Positions 1 to 9,019 of a stretch of 64,000 bases of DNA are shown in pieces. Within the stretch, counting starts at the first letter, position 1. Every line of letters begins with the position of its first letter. The notes under the pieces are model-generated. The model was not told the DNA's origin, searched no databases, and saw only the letters and a list, made by a program, of their open reading frames with translations. The position numbers were made by a program, and so were the translations under genes. Origin of the DNA: Candidatus Latescibacterota bacterium (lineage in GTDB: Bacteria > Latescibacterota > UBA2968 > GCA-2709665); contig OZ250150.1 in NCBI GenBank assembly GCA_965237675.1, forward strand, positions 352,001 to 416,000, read 5' to 3'.

Positions 1-1191
1 CCCGTAAGCCGTCCCTGCTTGCGCGCGCACCTCGAACCTGTATTGTGTATCGATCGTCAAGCCCCTCACCGTGTGGGTCGTCACGCCCGCATCTTTCTCA
101 ACCACTTCATCGGCGCTCCAATCGGGCAGTGCCGTGCCGCTTGCCCCATACCGGACCTGGTATCCCGTGATTGAAGCGTCCCCCGGATCGTCCCACGTCA
201 GCGTCACGTCAGCGGGGCCCGCCGCACCCGTGAGGTCACGCAGCGCCGCAGGCGGCATCCTCACCGTCACCCTGGCCGATTGGCCACGGCCGTCGGCGGT
301 GAACGCACGCACCTCGAACGTATGCTCCCTACCGTTCGTCAGACCACTCACCGCGTGCGTGACCGTGTCGGTAAGGGGCCGGTTCTGCCATCCGATATCG
401 GTCCAATCCTCAGGCAGGTCCATCCCGTTCTCGGCACGGCGGACTTCAAACCCCGTCACGGCAAGAGCCGTCGGCTCGTCCCACGTCAGCGTCACCATAC
501 TGTCACCCGCCGACGCGGCGAGGTTCGACGGCGCCGGCCCCAGCACAAACGTCACACGGCTCGAATCGCCCGCGCCGGCCGCGTTCTTCGCGCGCACCTC
601 GAACGTATGCTCGACCCAATTCGCCGGGCCGCTCACCTCAAGGGACGTCGTGCCGGCATCGCTGCCATAGATTTCCGTCCAACCCTCGATCCATCCCGAA
701 AAAGCAAGCGTACTGCTCTCGCCGTAGCGCGTTTCATACGCCGTGATGGTGTTGTCATACGGATCGTACCATGCCAGCAGCACCGTCCCCGCACCCGCCG
801 ACGCTCTCAGACCCTCCGGCGACACGGGCGGCGACACCGGCGTCGCCGTCACCCTGGCCGCCTGGCCCCGTCCATCCGCGGTAAACGCGCGCACCTCGAA
901 CGTATGCTCCCTACCGTTCGTCAGGCCCGTTACCGGGTGCGTAACCGTGTCGGTACCGACCTTCTTCTTCCAATCGATATCGGTCCAATCCTCCGGCAGG
1001 ACAGCGTCGCTCTCGCCATAGCGGACTTCAAACCCCGTCACCGCAAGAGCCGTCGGCTCGTCCCACGTCAGCGTCACCATACTGTCACCCACGGACGCGG
1101 CGAGGTTCGACGGCGGCAACACGTCCTGCGCAAACACGGGCGGGGAAATCATCGCAATCAACAATACCGCCAGGTACGATGAATTGTGCAT
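1..1191 (-). CDS. Secreted fibronectin type III repeat protein, 5' part (runs off window edge)
   Basis: Not in ORF track. Manual minus-strand translation is open from ATG 1191 to base 1: signal peptide MHNSSYLAVLLIAMISPPVFA-Q, then 4 FN3 units (PSNLAASxGDSMVTLTWDEP...GLTNGREHTFEVRA). Alternative in-frame ATGs at 1266 and 1281. Confidence 0.9.
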   Translation of the reverse strand, partial: MHNSSYLAVLLIAMISPPVFAQDVLPPSNLAASVGDSMVTLTWDEPTALAVTGFEVRYGESDAVLPEDWTDIDWKKKVGTDTVTHPVTGLTNGREHTFEVRAFTADGRGQAARVTATPVSPPVSPEGLRASAGAGTVLLAWYDPYDNTITAYETRYGESSTLAFSGWIEGWTEIYGSDAGTTSLEVSGPANWVEHTFEVRAKNAAGAGDSSRVTFVLGPAPSNLAASAGDSMVTLTWDEPTALAVTGFEVRRAENGMDLPEDWTDIGWQNRPLTDTVTHAVSGLTNGREHTFEVRAFTADGRGQSARVTVRMPPAALRDLTGAAGPADVTLTWDDPGDASITGYQVRYGASGTALPDWSADEVVEKDAGVTTHTVRGLTIDTQYRFEVRAQAGTAYG

Positions 1192-1306
1192 AAATGGCAA
1201 GCCGCCCACGACACCGCGTATACGGCCGAGACTCGCCAATCCGGCGACGAACGATTTATATGCCATACGTCCCACAGTCATACCCCCATTCCAATGCGTG
1301 TGTTGC

Positions 1307-1430
1307 TGCGAAAGCACGGCACAAAGGCGCCGGCGACAAAAAGGGCTTGCGCCCTCCCGGAGAACCGTCGGTTTGCGACTCTGGCAGGTCAGGGAACCGG
1401 CGGTCTCTCTTTGTGGCGGGACAGCCCGTC
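1307..1430. ncRNA. Candidate structured cis-regulatory RNA in the FN3 gene leader
   Basis: Long stem 1360-1407, hairpin 1415-1430, and minus-strand AGGGC-GCAA-GCCCT-TTTT hairpin 1338-1355. No known riboswitch consensus recognised. Confidence 0.35.
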
Positions 1431-1474
1431 AATAACGAATTACAATGCCTGTCACAACCGTATGCAACGTCCGG

Positions 1475-1504
1475 AATATAGCCATTGAATATACTTTATT
1501 CAAT
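1475..1504 (-). promoter_or_regulatory. Sigma70-like promoter of the FN3 gene overlapped by a palindromic operator
   Basis: Minus strand TTGAAT-17 nt-TATATT (1503-1498, 1480-1475). Inverted repeat ATTGAATA-N5-TATTCAAT at 1484-1504. Confidence 0.55.
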
Positions 1505-1785
1505 CTATTCTTTCCGGTTTTATACACACGTCAGCAGTATCCTCGACCGTTATCACGTTTGCGCGTGTGAAGGGTTTCCTTGAACGGGAATGCGGACGGA
1601 TGCGCCGATACGGTAGCCGGCGCCTTGAGTTGAACCCTCACGCCCTATGGAGAGGTGTGGCTACACTTCGCCATGGGATCTACCTTACGAATCTCGGACC
1701 GCGTGGCTGGGCATTCAGTCGTCCGGAGATGGGTTCGTAGACGGGCGTCTGCGGCGACTGCCAGAGCACAACCCAACGGGAGTAC

Positions 1786-4700
1786 CTAAATGAGACGCAG
1801 CAGGGAGCCGTGTGGCTGGATGGCCCGGGTTTCGATCGTGAGGGTCAGCCTGCCGGCTGTATCCTGCGTCTTCAATGTGATCCGCCGGCCGCCATCGAGT
1901 TGGAGGAAGGCGCCCCGGTACGGTGTCCGGATGGAGAACCGGGCCGGAGTCGTGGTTCGCACGCGGAAGGTATCGTCCGAGACCTGTTCGATCCGGAACA
2001 GCGAGGGGATGTGATAGGTCGCGCCCTCATTGAAGGGAAATTCGTCCACGGCGATTCGGCTGGCGGTAGCGGACCTGATGCGGTAAGCCGTCCAGCAGCC
2101 CTGGTCGGGATCCCGGACCCGGACGAAATGGTCCACCAAAGCGTCGGGATGCGGGAGGGTATTGCCGGTCCGGAAGCCCCCGCGGTCCCGGTCGACAATG
2201 TCACCCTCGATCGCAGCAACCTCGAGGGCGACGGTCAGGTCGGTGGAGACGAAGCGGGTGGCTTCCGCCAGAAAGAGCGATTGCCGGGCATTCTCGCTTC
2301 GGGTGTAAACGGCGGCGCGGCCGGCAAAGGCGACGTCATCGAAGGTGCGTTCGGTCTGATCCAGGGTCAGGATAACCGTGTCGGCGCCCGTTCGACGGCC
2401 GATGCGGAGCGCGACAGGTCCGCTGGCGTCGCCGGGAAGACAAATAGGTTGAACTTCGCAGATGTCGGGGTCGTTCCGGAAATGGTCGATTACGGCGACA
2501 AACGTGTTTCCGGGGCCGGCTTCGGCTTTGCGGGCGAAGAGATAGTCGTGGCGGGCGCCGATTTCAGCATGGTCCCGCTGGCCGGGGCCTTCGCCCAGGA
2601 TGATCTCGTCGACGGGCGACACCAGCCGCGCGCGCATGGTCATGCCGCAATCCCTCCAGGAGACGGCCCACTGAGCCGCGGGTCTGCCCACACGGAGTTT
2701 CCCGATGTCTTTTCCGAGTAAACCCGGACGCTCCTCCAGCGGAATCGGACGGTCATCGGCGGGCGGCGTGCTGATACGGCCTTCGCCATGGATGGCGTAG
2801 TCGTGGACCGCGCCGCCCCTGACGCGGAAGACGTCGACCAGGTAGGCGGGGCCCGCACCGGTGTGAATCATAACGCAACAACGCCGGTACGTTTCGGCCT
2901 GCTCATAGGCTCTGCAGTCGGCTTCGATAATCTTCGTGTCCGGCGACGTGGCCATGAGCCGGAGGTTGCCGGGAGGTCGGCGGTCCCGCAGGAGTTGTTC
3001 CTGTTCGTCCATGACCACCAGGTTATGCTTGAGGGTGCTTCGGATACTTGCGTTCAGGGGATGGTCGCCTATGTATCCCAGGTCGGAAAGGACCTCCACT
3101 CCTTCCGCTATCATGGCGATGTTGAGGGCGTCCGGGTGGTCATGACCTTCCGGTTTGTAAAAGTCCATCAGGAAGGTGGCCGTTCCGGTGAGATCGGGCT
3201 GGAACATGCCATCGTAGCCGGTGTTGAAGATTGCCAGCAGCCAGCCGGGGAAGAACCGGTCGCGCACGGGCGGCGGCGCCGTGGGTTCGAGTTCCGCGGG
3301 ACGGTTGAAGAGGGCGAATGCGTCCCCCGTGTCCAGCCGTACGAATGGGGCAAAATCGTCGCCTAATCGCACGAGACCCAGGTTGTGAATCCACGCGGGA
3401 TAGGGCCAGTCCGACGGACCCTCGCACGCGTCGGCGGCGTGGGGCAGGCGACCGTCGGGCAACGTCATCAGGGTTCTCGCGCGGAGTACGGTGTGGTAGG
3501 GACCGCCACGGGCATACAGGTTCAGGTCGTCGTAGCGGTCTCTGCCGCGGTATGTGGGAGGATCGGAATACCCGTGGACGACTTCGGGCAGATTTCGCAC
3601 GTTGGCCACGGCGTAGAGGTAATAGCTGGAGCCCTCGGCGGTGCTGCCGTCGAATTTGAAGAACCCCTTCAGGTAGGGTTCAAAACTCTCGACGCCCCGA
3701 TGGACGTAGTCCGGGGCGCCCAGAAAGCGGCCGAGAACGACTTCGCCCTCGCGGCAACCCGCAACTTTGTTGTTCAGGCCCTCCCAGTGGGTGAACGTGA
3801 AGAGGCCCTCCACCAGCAGGTCTTTGACGATGCGCTCGCGTTCCTGTTCGGTCAGGTAGAGGTGTCCATGGCCGTCCTTTTCGTCCCAGAGCAGATCCAG
3901 GGCTTCCGCGAACATAGAGATGAAATGGGCTTCGGACTGCACGCCGCCGCCCGAAAGGCGCCCGCAACCCCAGAACGTTTGAATGAGTCTTCCGCTGTTC
4001 ATCGGGGAGCGGGCGTTCTGGTCCGGACAGGGGTTGACTTCGTATCGGGCGATACCCGTGTCCTGCGCCATGAGTTCGCAGGCGTAAAGGGGATCGCAGT
4101 CCATGTAAGTGTTCCAGTAGTCGCGGAAGAGATAGGTGGGATAGACGGCGGCAAAGCGTTTCAGGATGGCCGCCGCCGCGCGGGCATAGCGACCCTCGCC
4201 TTCCATGCGATAGAGGATGGCCAGATTGCGCGCCACCGCCGGCATGCGGTGGGTTTTCTGCTGTCGGACGGCGCCGCTATATGAGGAATGGACCCGGCGC
4301 CCGGCCCAGATGAAGGCGTTGCGGCCGGTGGTGAATTCGAGGTCGTTTTTTTCTTCGGGACGGATGTAATAAGTAAGGGTCTGCCCGGAGCGCGGCAGTT
4401 CCAGGCGCCCCTCTTCGGGAAAGGCCGCGTCGGTCATGGTGGCGCCGCAGTGGAAACACACGAGTTTGTCGGGGTCGCGGTCGTTCCATTGCATGCGGTA
4501 GGTGTTGTCCGCGCCGCAGGCGGGGCAGAATGTCCCGTAGATTTGCGTAGGCGTCAGACACGGGACCATGTCGGCAATCCAGGCATCTGATCGGTCCGCA
4601 TAGTAATCCCCCAGTTCGAGCAGCCCTTCGTAGTGCTGTTTTGCCCAATCGTGGCGGCGAATATTGGCGCGGGCGATACTGAGGTTGTCGTCCTTTATAC

Positions 4701-4806
4701 TCAGGCAGGGGTGCTCAACAACACTGGCGCCTCGATAGGACCTCGCCTTCTGTTCTTCCAGGCGACGCCTGCATTCTTTCTCTTCACAGCTGTTCCAGGC
4801 CGGCAT
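1786..4806 (-). CDS. Heparinase II/III-like (polysaccharide lyase-like) protein with N-terminal CxxC...CxxC
   Basis: Long ORF; AGGAGG before ATG 4806. Heparinase II/III-type motifs GHDHPDALN, DLGY, STLKHNLVVMD, AEGSSYY; also FCPACG/CFHCG. Confidence 0.75.
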   Translation of the reverse strand: MPAWNSCEEKECRRRLEEQKARSYRGASVVEHPCLSIKDDNLSIARANIRRHDWAKQHYEGLLELGDYYADRSDAWIADMVPCLTPTQIYGTFCPACGADNTYRMQWNDRDPDKLVCFHCGATMTDAAFPEEGRLELPRSGQTLTYYIRPEEKNDLEFTTGRNAFIWAGRRVHSSYSGAVRQQKTHRMPAVARNLAILYRMEGEGRYARAAAAILKRFAAVYPTYLFRDYWNTYMDCDPLYACELMAQDTGIARYEVNPCPDQNARSPMNSGRLIQTFWGCGRLSGGGVQSEAHFISMFAEALDLLWDEKDGHGHLYLTEQERERIVKDLLVEGLFTFTHWEGLNNKVAGCREGEVVLGRFLGAPDYVHRGVESFEPYLKGFFKFDGSTAEGSSYYLYAVANVRNLPEVVHGYSDPPTYRGRDRYDDLNLYARGGPYHTVLRARTLMTLPDGRLPHAADACEGPSDWPYPAWIHNLGLVRLGDDFAPFVRLDTGDAFALFNRPAELEPTAPPPVRDRFFPGWLLAIFNTGYDGMFQPDLTGTATFLMDFYKPEGHDHPDALNIAMIAEGVEVLSDLGYIGDHPLNASIRSTLKHNLVVMDEQEQLLRDRRPPGNLRLMATSPDTKIIEADCRAYEQAETYRRCCVMIHTGAGPAYLVDVFRVRGGAVHDYAIHGEGRISTPPADDRPIPLEERPGLLGKDIGKLRVGRPAAQWAVSWRDCGMTMRARLVSPVDEIILGEGPGQRDHAEIGARHDYLFARKAEAGPGNTFVAVIDHFRNDPDICEVQPICLPGDASGPVALRIGRRTGADTVILTLDQTERTFDDVAFAGRAAVYTRSENARQSLFLAEATRFVSTDLTVALEVAAIEGDIVDRDRGGFRTGNTLPHPDALVDHFVRVRDPDQGCWTAYRIRSATASRIAVDEFPFNEGATYHIPSLFRIEQVSDDTFRVRTTTPARFSIRTPYRGAFLQLDGGRRITLKTQDTAGRLTLTIETRAIQPHGSLLRLI

Positions 4807-5376
4807 GGGACCTCCTGTTAAATCGTTCGTAAAACGCCACATACTCGCGCCGCTTGCAAGGCTTCCTCAAGTACGCCCTTCCGACGACGCTTTTCCCGCG
4901 CACTCGTGTTGGAAATTACGAAATTAATACATCGCTTGGACGCGACCGATGCGCATATCGAAGAGACGATTTTACGGAAATTCCAGGGTATCAGAAGTCA
5001 ATGTGAAATCCCGTTGAAGCGCCTGCGGCGGTCGAAAAAACCAAAATGGAGAAGGCGTCTGCGTCTGTCAAGAGAAAAGAACGATTCGGACGGATTCACG
5101 AAGCTTAACGGTGCCCGGCCTGGAATCCGATCCCGAGACCCGAAAGCGAAGGGTCATATCTTTTTGAAAACAAATAACCTGAAAGCTTATCGGGGACGCC
5201 GGCCGCACCGTAAGACTCTAAAGAAAACTTGATATTGTGCGCAACAATCCTTTATTTGTAAGGGTGGTTCCGGCAGGGGCGGGCAGCCCCGGGCAGGTCA
5301 GAACGGGGTCAGAGTCTCCGTTCAGGACGCAACGGGATCGCGTTTTTTCGTGACGCAATGAACGGAGTCGCGTAGA

Positions 5377-6744
5377 ATGGAAAATCACTTTGACGTGATC
5401 GTAATCGGGAGCGGGCCGGGCGGAGAGGGGGCGGCGATGAAGGCGACCAAGGAGGGGAAGCGGGTCGCCGTGGTGGATGACCGGCCCCGGGTTGGCGGAA
5501 GTTGCACGCATCAGACCACCATTCCCAGCAAGGCGCTGCGGCACGCCATCCAAAAGCTCGTTGATACCGGTCGGTACAACGACTCCCGGTTTCAGGATCT
5601 TCTGCAGACTGCGGAGGGAGTGATCCGTCAGCAGGTCGACTTACGCGCGGGATTCTACACCAGGAACTTTGTGGATGTGATCCACGGACGCGCCGCGTTC
5701 GAGGACAGTCATGGAATTCAGGTCCGCCTGCAAAACGGGGGTATGAGACATTATCGCGCGGACGGATTCGTCATCGCCACCGGTGCGCGGCCATACCATC
5801 CCCCGGACGTGGATTTTTCGCATCCGCGCATCGTGGACAGCGATTCGATACTGGGGTTCCAGGAACATCCCAGGTCGGTGACAATTTACGGGGCGGGGGT
5901 GATCGGCTGCGAGTATGCGTCTATTTTCAGAGGTCTGCAGATCAAGGTGAATCTGATTAACAGTCTGGACCGTCTGCTGGCATTCCTGGACGACGAGATC
6001 GTGGATGCGCTGAGCTATCATCTGCGTGAACAGGGTGTGCTGATCAGGCACAACGAGGAATACGAACGGGTGGCGGCGGACGATCTCGGCGTACGCCTGC
6101 ACCTCAAGTCCAATAAGGAAATCCTCAGCGACTGCCTGTTCTGGGCGCAAGGCCGAACTGGGAATTCGGATCGGATGGGTCTCGAGGAAATCGGCATCCA
6201 GCGAGACCATAGGGGCGCGGTTGTCGTGAACGAATACTACCAGACGGCTCAGAGCCACATCTACGCGGTGGGCGATGTGGTGGGGTATCCCAACCTGGCC
6301 AGCGCGGCATACGACCATGGGCGGTTCGCGGCCACTCATCTGATATCCGGGGAATGCGAGGCGCATCTGGTCAAAGATATCCCAACGGGGATTTACACGC
6401 TTCCCGAAATCAGTTCGGTGGGGCTGACGGAACAGGAATTGACGTCGAACAAGATTCCCTACGAGGTTGGACACGCGTCATTCAGACACCTTGCCCGGGC
6501 GCAGATCACGGGTCGGACCACAGGGATGTTGAAAATCCTGTTTCATCGGGAGACGTTGGAGATTCTGGGCATCCATTGTTTCGGATCCGAAGCATCGGAA
6601 ATTGTCCACATCGGCCAGGCAATTATGGCGCAGAAAGGCGGCGGCAATACGCTGATGTACTTCATCAACACAACGTTCAACTATCCAACAATGGCCGAAG
6701 CCTACCGGGTGGCGGCGCTCAACGGGCTGAACAGGGTGCGATAA
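5377..6744 (+). CDS. sthA: Soluble pyridine nucleotide transhydrogenase
   Basis: [58 protein letters not shown] match SthA/UdhA. Confidence 0.93.
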   Translation: MENHFDVIVIGSGPGGEGAAMKATKEGKRVAVVDDRPRVGGSCTHQTTIPSKALRHAIQKLVDTGRYNDSRFQDLLQTAEGVIRQQVDLRAGFYTRNFVDVIHGRAAFEDSHGIQVRLQNGGMRHYRADGFVIATGARPYHPPDVDFSHPRIVDSDSILGFQEHPRSVTIYGAGVIGCEYASIFRGLQIKVNLINSLDRLLAFLDDEIVDALSYHLREQGVLIRHNEEYERVAADDLGVRLHLKSNKEILSDCLFWAQGRTGNSDRMGLEEIGIQRDHRGAVVVNEYYQTAQSHIYAVGDVVGYPNLASAAYDHGRFAATHLISGECEAHLVKDIPTGIYTLPEISSVGLTEQELTSNKIPYEVGHASFRHLARAQITGRTTGMLKILFHRETLEILGIHCFGSEASEIVHIGQAIMAQKGGGNTLMYFINTTFNYPTMAEAYRVAALNGLNRVR

Positions 6745-6825
6745 GCCGGACATCTGAAAGACTCCCGGGACCAAGTGTAACGAGAGTTCCGTATTCCCCC
6801 GGAAGGGGGACCACAACAGCACAGG

Positions 6826-7512
6826 ATGTTGGCGCCTATGCGGTCGAATGCGGATTCAACCGCCCCGAATCTTGATATCATCTATGTCGACAACCACCTG
6901 CTGGTGGTCCGGAAACCCGCGGGAATGCTTGTACAGGGAGACCGCACGGGTGACCGGTCGCTGCTGGAATACGGCAAGGCGTACGTTAAGGCGGCGTTCA
7001 ACAAACCGGGCGACGCCTTTCTGGGGCTGGTGCATCGGCTGGACCGACCGACATCCGGGGTCATGGTTTTTGCCCGGACGTCCAAGGCCGCGGCCAGGCT
7101 TTCGGAACAGTTTCGAGCCCGTCAGATTGGAAAGATCTACTGGGCGCTGGTGGAGGGAAAGACGCCCCGAGAGGGCCGCATGGCGGATACGCTGTTGCGC
7201 GCCGGACCCTCAAGTACGGTGTCCGACAGGGGGCAGGAAGCGGTGCTCGCGTTCCGGAGATTGCGATTCGAACGGGGGATATCGTGGGTGGAGGTCAGGC
7301 CGAAAACGGGCAGGCATCATCAGATCCGGGTACAGTTCGCGCACCGCGGGCATCCCGTTGTCGGGGATTTCCGATACGGAGGGAGAGTCAGATTTCCGGA
7401 GAAAAGCCTGGCGCTCCATGCGCGAGCCCTCACGCTTCTGCATCCGACCCGGAAGGAGGAGATGACGTTCACGGCGGCCCCTGAGGTGTTCTGGCCGGCG
7501 AAATTCCGGTAA
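6826..7512 (+). CDS. RluA family pseudouridine synthase
   Basis: KPAG, HRLDRPTSG and TGRHHQIRVQ motifs. Confidence 0.92.
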   Translation: MLAPMRSNADSTAPNLDIIYVDNHLLVVRKPAGMLVQGDRTGDRSLLEYGKAYVKAAFNKPGDAFLGLVHRLDRPTSGVMVFARTSKAAARLSEQFRARQIGKIYWALVEGKTPREGRMADTLLRAGPSSTVSDRGQEAVLAFRRLRFERGISWVEVRPKTGRHHQIRVQFAHRGHPVVGDFRYGGRVRFPEKSLALHARALTLLHPTRKEEMTFTAAPEVFWPAKFR

Positions 7513-7835
7513 GGCGAAGCGAGCGTCCGGTGGGGCTCCGGCGGTGGTTGCCCGGCACATGGAATGCGGGTGACGCCGTACCATTGTCCTTTACTTGGAA
7601 GTACGGCACAGCAGACGGATTCGAATTCATTAAGCCGAAAGAAGATTGTGAGTGAACCGGAACGAACAGCAGCCGTTGTCGTACCGGGCACGGGCGGACT
7701 GCCGGGCGCGCCTCCGCCGGGTGGGACGATCAATCTGACGTAGGACGCAAGCCTGCGCGAGGCTCCCAGCGCATCCCGAAGGCCGTCGGAAGTCGAGGCC
7801 GTCTGGCGAGAATCGCCCCGCGTAATGGTTGCAAA

Positions 7836-7859
7836 CAGGGCGCATCTTGATGCGCCCTG
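7836..7859. terminator. Hairpin terminator between convergent genes
   Basis: CAGGGCGCATC-TT-GATGCGCCCTG immediately after the DapA-like stop codon. Confidence 0.6.
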
Positions 7860-7861
7860 AT

Positions 7862-8734
7862 TTATGTCAGCAGCGGCTTCATGGCGTCTCTGAGTTCCGC
7901 CATTTCGGCTTCCGTGAGCGGCTGTACGGGCTTGCGGCAGGGACCCACGGGTCTGCCGGAGAGGTTGGTGGCGGCTTTTACGGACGCGTTGTAAACGTGA
8001 GTCCAGAAAAAACGGTTGGTGGGAAACATGCGCCGCCAGAGGTCCCTTGCCTCGGAAAGATGTCCGCCGGCGACCAGATTATAGAGATCGACGGCTTCTT
8101 TCGGCATGGCGTTGACCGCCCCCCACACGCAGCCCGGGCATCCTGCAACCAGGCTGAAGAAGGCGATGGGATCCCCGCCGTTGAAGACCTCGGCGCCAAT
8201 GGCCAGCAGTTCCTGGATACGCAGTATGTCCGCCGTGCTGTCCTTGATATATCGAACGTTCTCTATTTCCATGAGGCGTTTGAAGAAGGCCGGGGTAATA
8301 TCGATGCCCGTGTGGACGGGGATGTTGTAAACCATGATCGGCGTGCTGACGGCGTCGGAGATTTCCGCATAGTGCGCGTACACGCCTTCCATGTCCGGGC
8401 CTTCAAAGTAGGGCGGCAGCACAAGAAGGCAGTCGGCGCCCACGCCCTCGGCGTGTTTGGCGTACTCGATCGTCTCCGACGTGCTGACCGCTGAGGCCAT
8501 GGCCACAAAGTCGGCCCTGCCGTCGACGTGTTCGGCAGCCAGTTCGGCGAGGCGCCTGCGTTCCCCCGGTCGAAGACAGGCGAACTCGCCCGTGCCGCCG
8601 TTGATGAGAATACTGTGGACGCCGGCTTCCAGCATGGAGTCGATATGATTTTTTAGCGCGGTTTCGTCGATCTGTTCTCCGTCGCCGGTAAAGGGCGTGC
8701 ACAGGGCCGCGCAGATGCCTTTGAGTGCTTTCAT
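7862..8734 (-). CDS. Dihydrodipicolinate synthase / N-acetylneuraminate lyase family aldolase
   Basis: GGTGE, YNIP and IKDS (Schiff-base Lys); GGAGGAG RBS before ATG 8734. Confidence 0.88.
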   Translation of the reverse strand: MKALKGICAALCTPFTGDGEQIDETALKNHIDSMLEAGVHSILINGGTGEFACLRPGERRRLAELAAEHVDGRADFVAMASAVSTSETIEYAKHAEGVGADCLLVLPPYFEGPDMEGVYAHYAEISDAVSTPIMVYNIPVHTGIDITPAFFKRLMEIENVRYIKDSTADILRIQELLAIGAEVFNGGDPIAFFSLVAGCPGCVWGAVNAMPKEAVDLYNLVAGGHLSEARDLWRRMFPTNRFFWTHVYNASVKAATNLSGRPVGPCRKPVQPLTEAEMAELRDAMKPLLT

Positions 8735-9019
8735 TCCGGTCTCCTCCATTGATGAATCGGACGCCGTAAAGCGGAACACGTACCCATCGGCGAAGTGTAC
8801 AGATGGGTGGTCTTACGGACGTTTTGCGAAGGTAACGTGAAATCCTGTTTTATCCAAGTGCGCTTTCGGGAGGGTGAATCGAGTAGAGGATCAGGGGGTG
8901 AGAAGGGTCTTGACACTGACCGGGGAAAAATCAATATTGGCGGAAATCAGAAACAGTCCGTTCGTCGGTTTTAACGTCGTCCAGGGGCTCGCATTGTCGG
9001 ACTTTCGGAGGAGGTTGAC

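Noticed and set aside
71-1182. Plus-strand ORFs 71..670 and 280..1182 with internal repeats
   Set aside because: Antisense shadows of the minus-strand FN3 gene.
1662-1677. TACACTTCGCC(G)ATGGG shared with the minus strand at 8783-8799
   Set aside because: Similarity does not extend into the flanks; probably chance.
4906-5376. 108-aa ORF and ATTGT-GCGCA-ACAAT palindrome upstream of sthA
   Set aside because: The ORF has no RBS or motif; the palindrome is short and does not match the Rex box well enough to call.
5377-6744. SthA as the missing E3 of the dehydrogenase cluster
   Set aside because: It lacks the second Cys of the redox CxxxxC (CTHQTT), has SthA-specific motifs and lies about 29 kb away.
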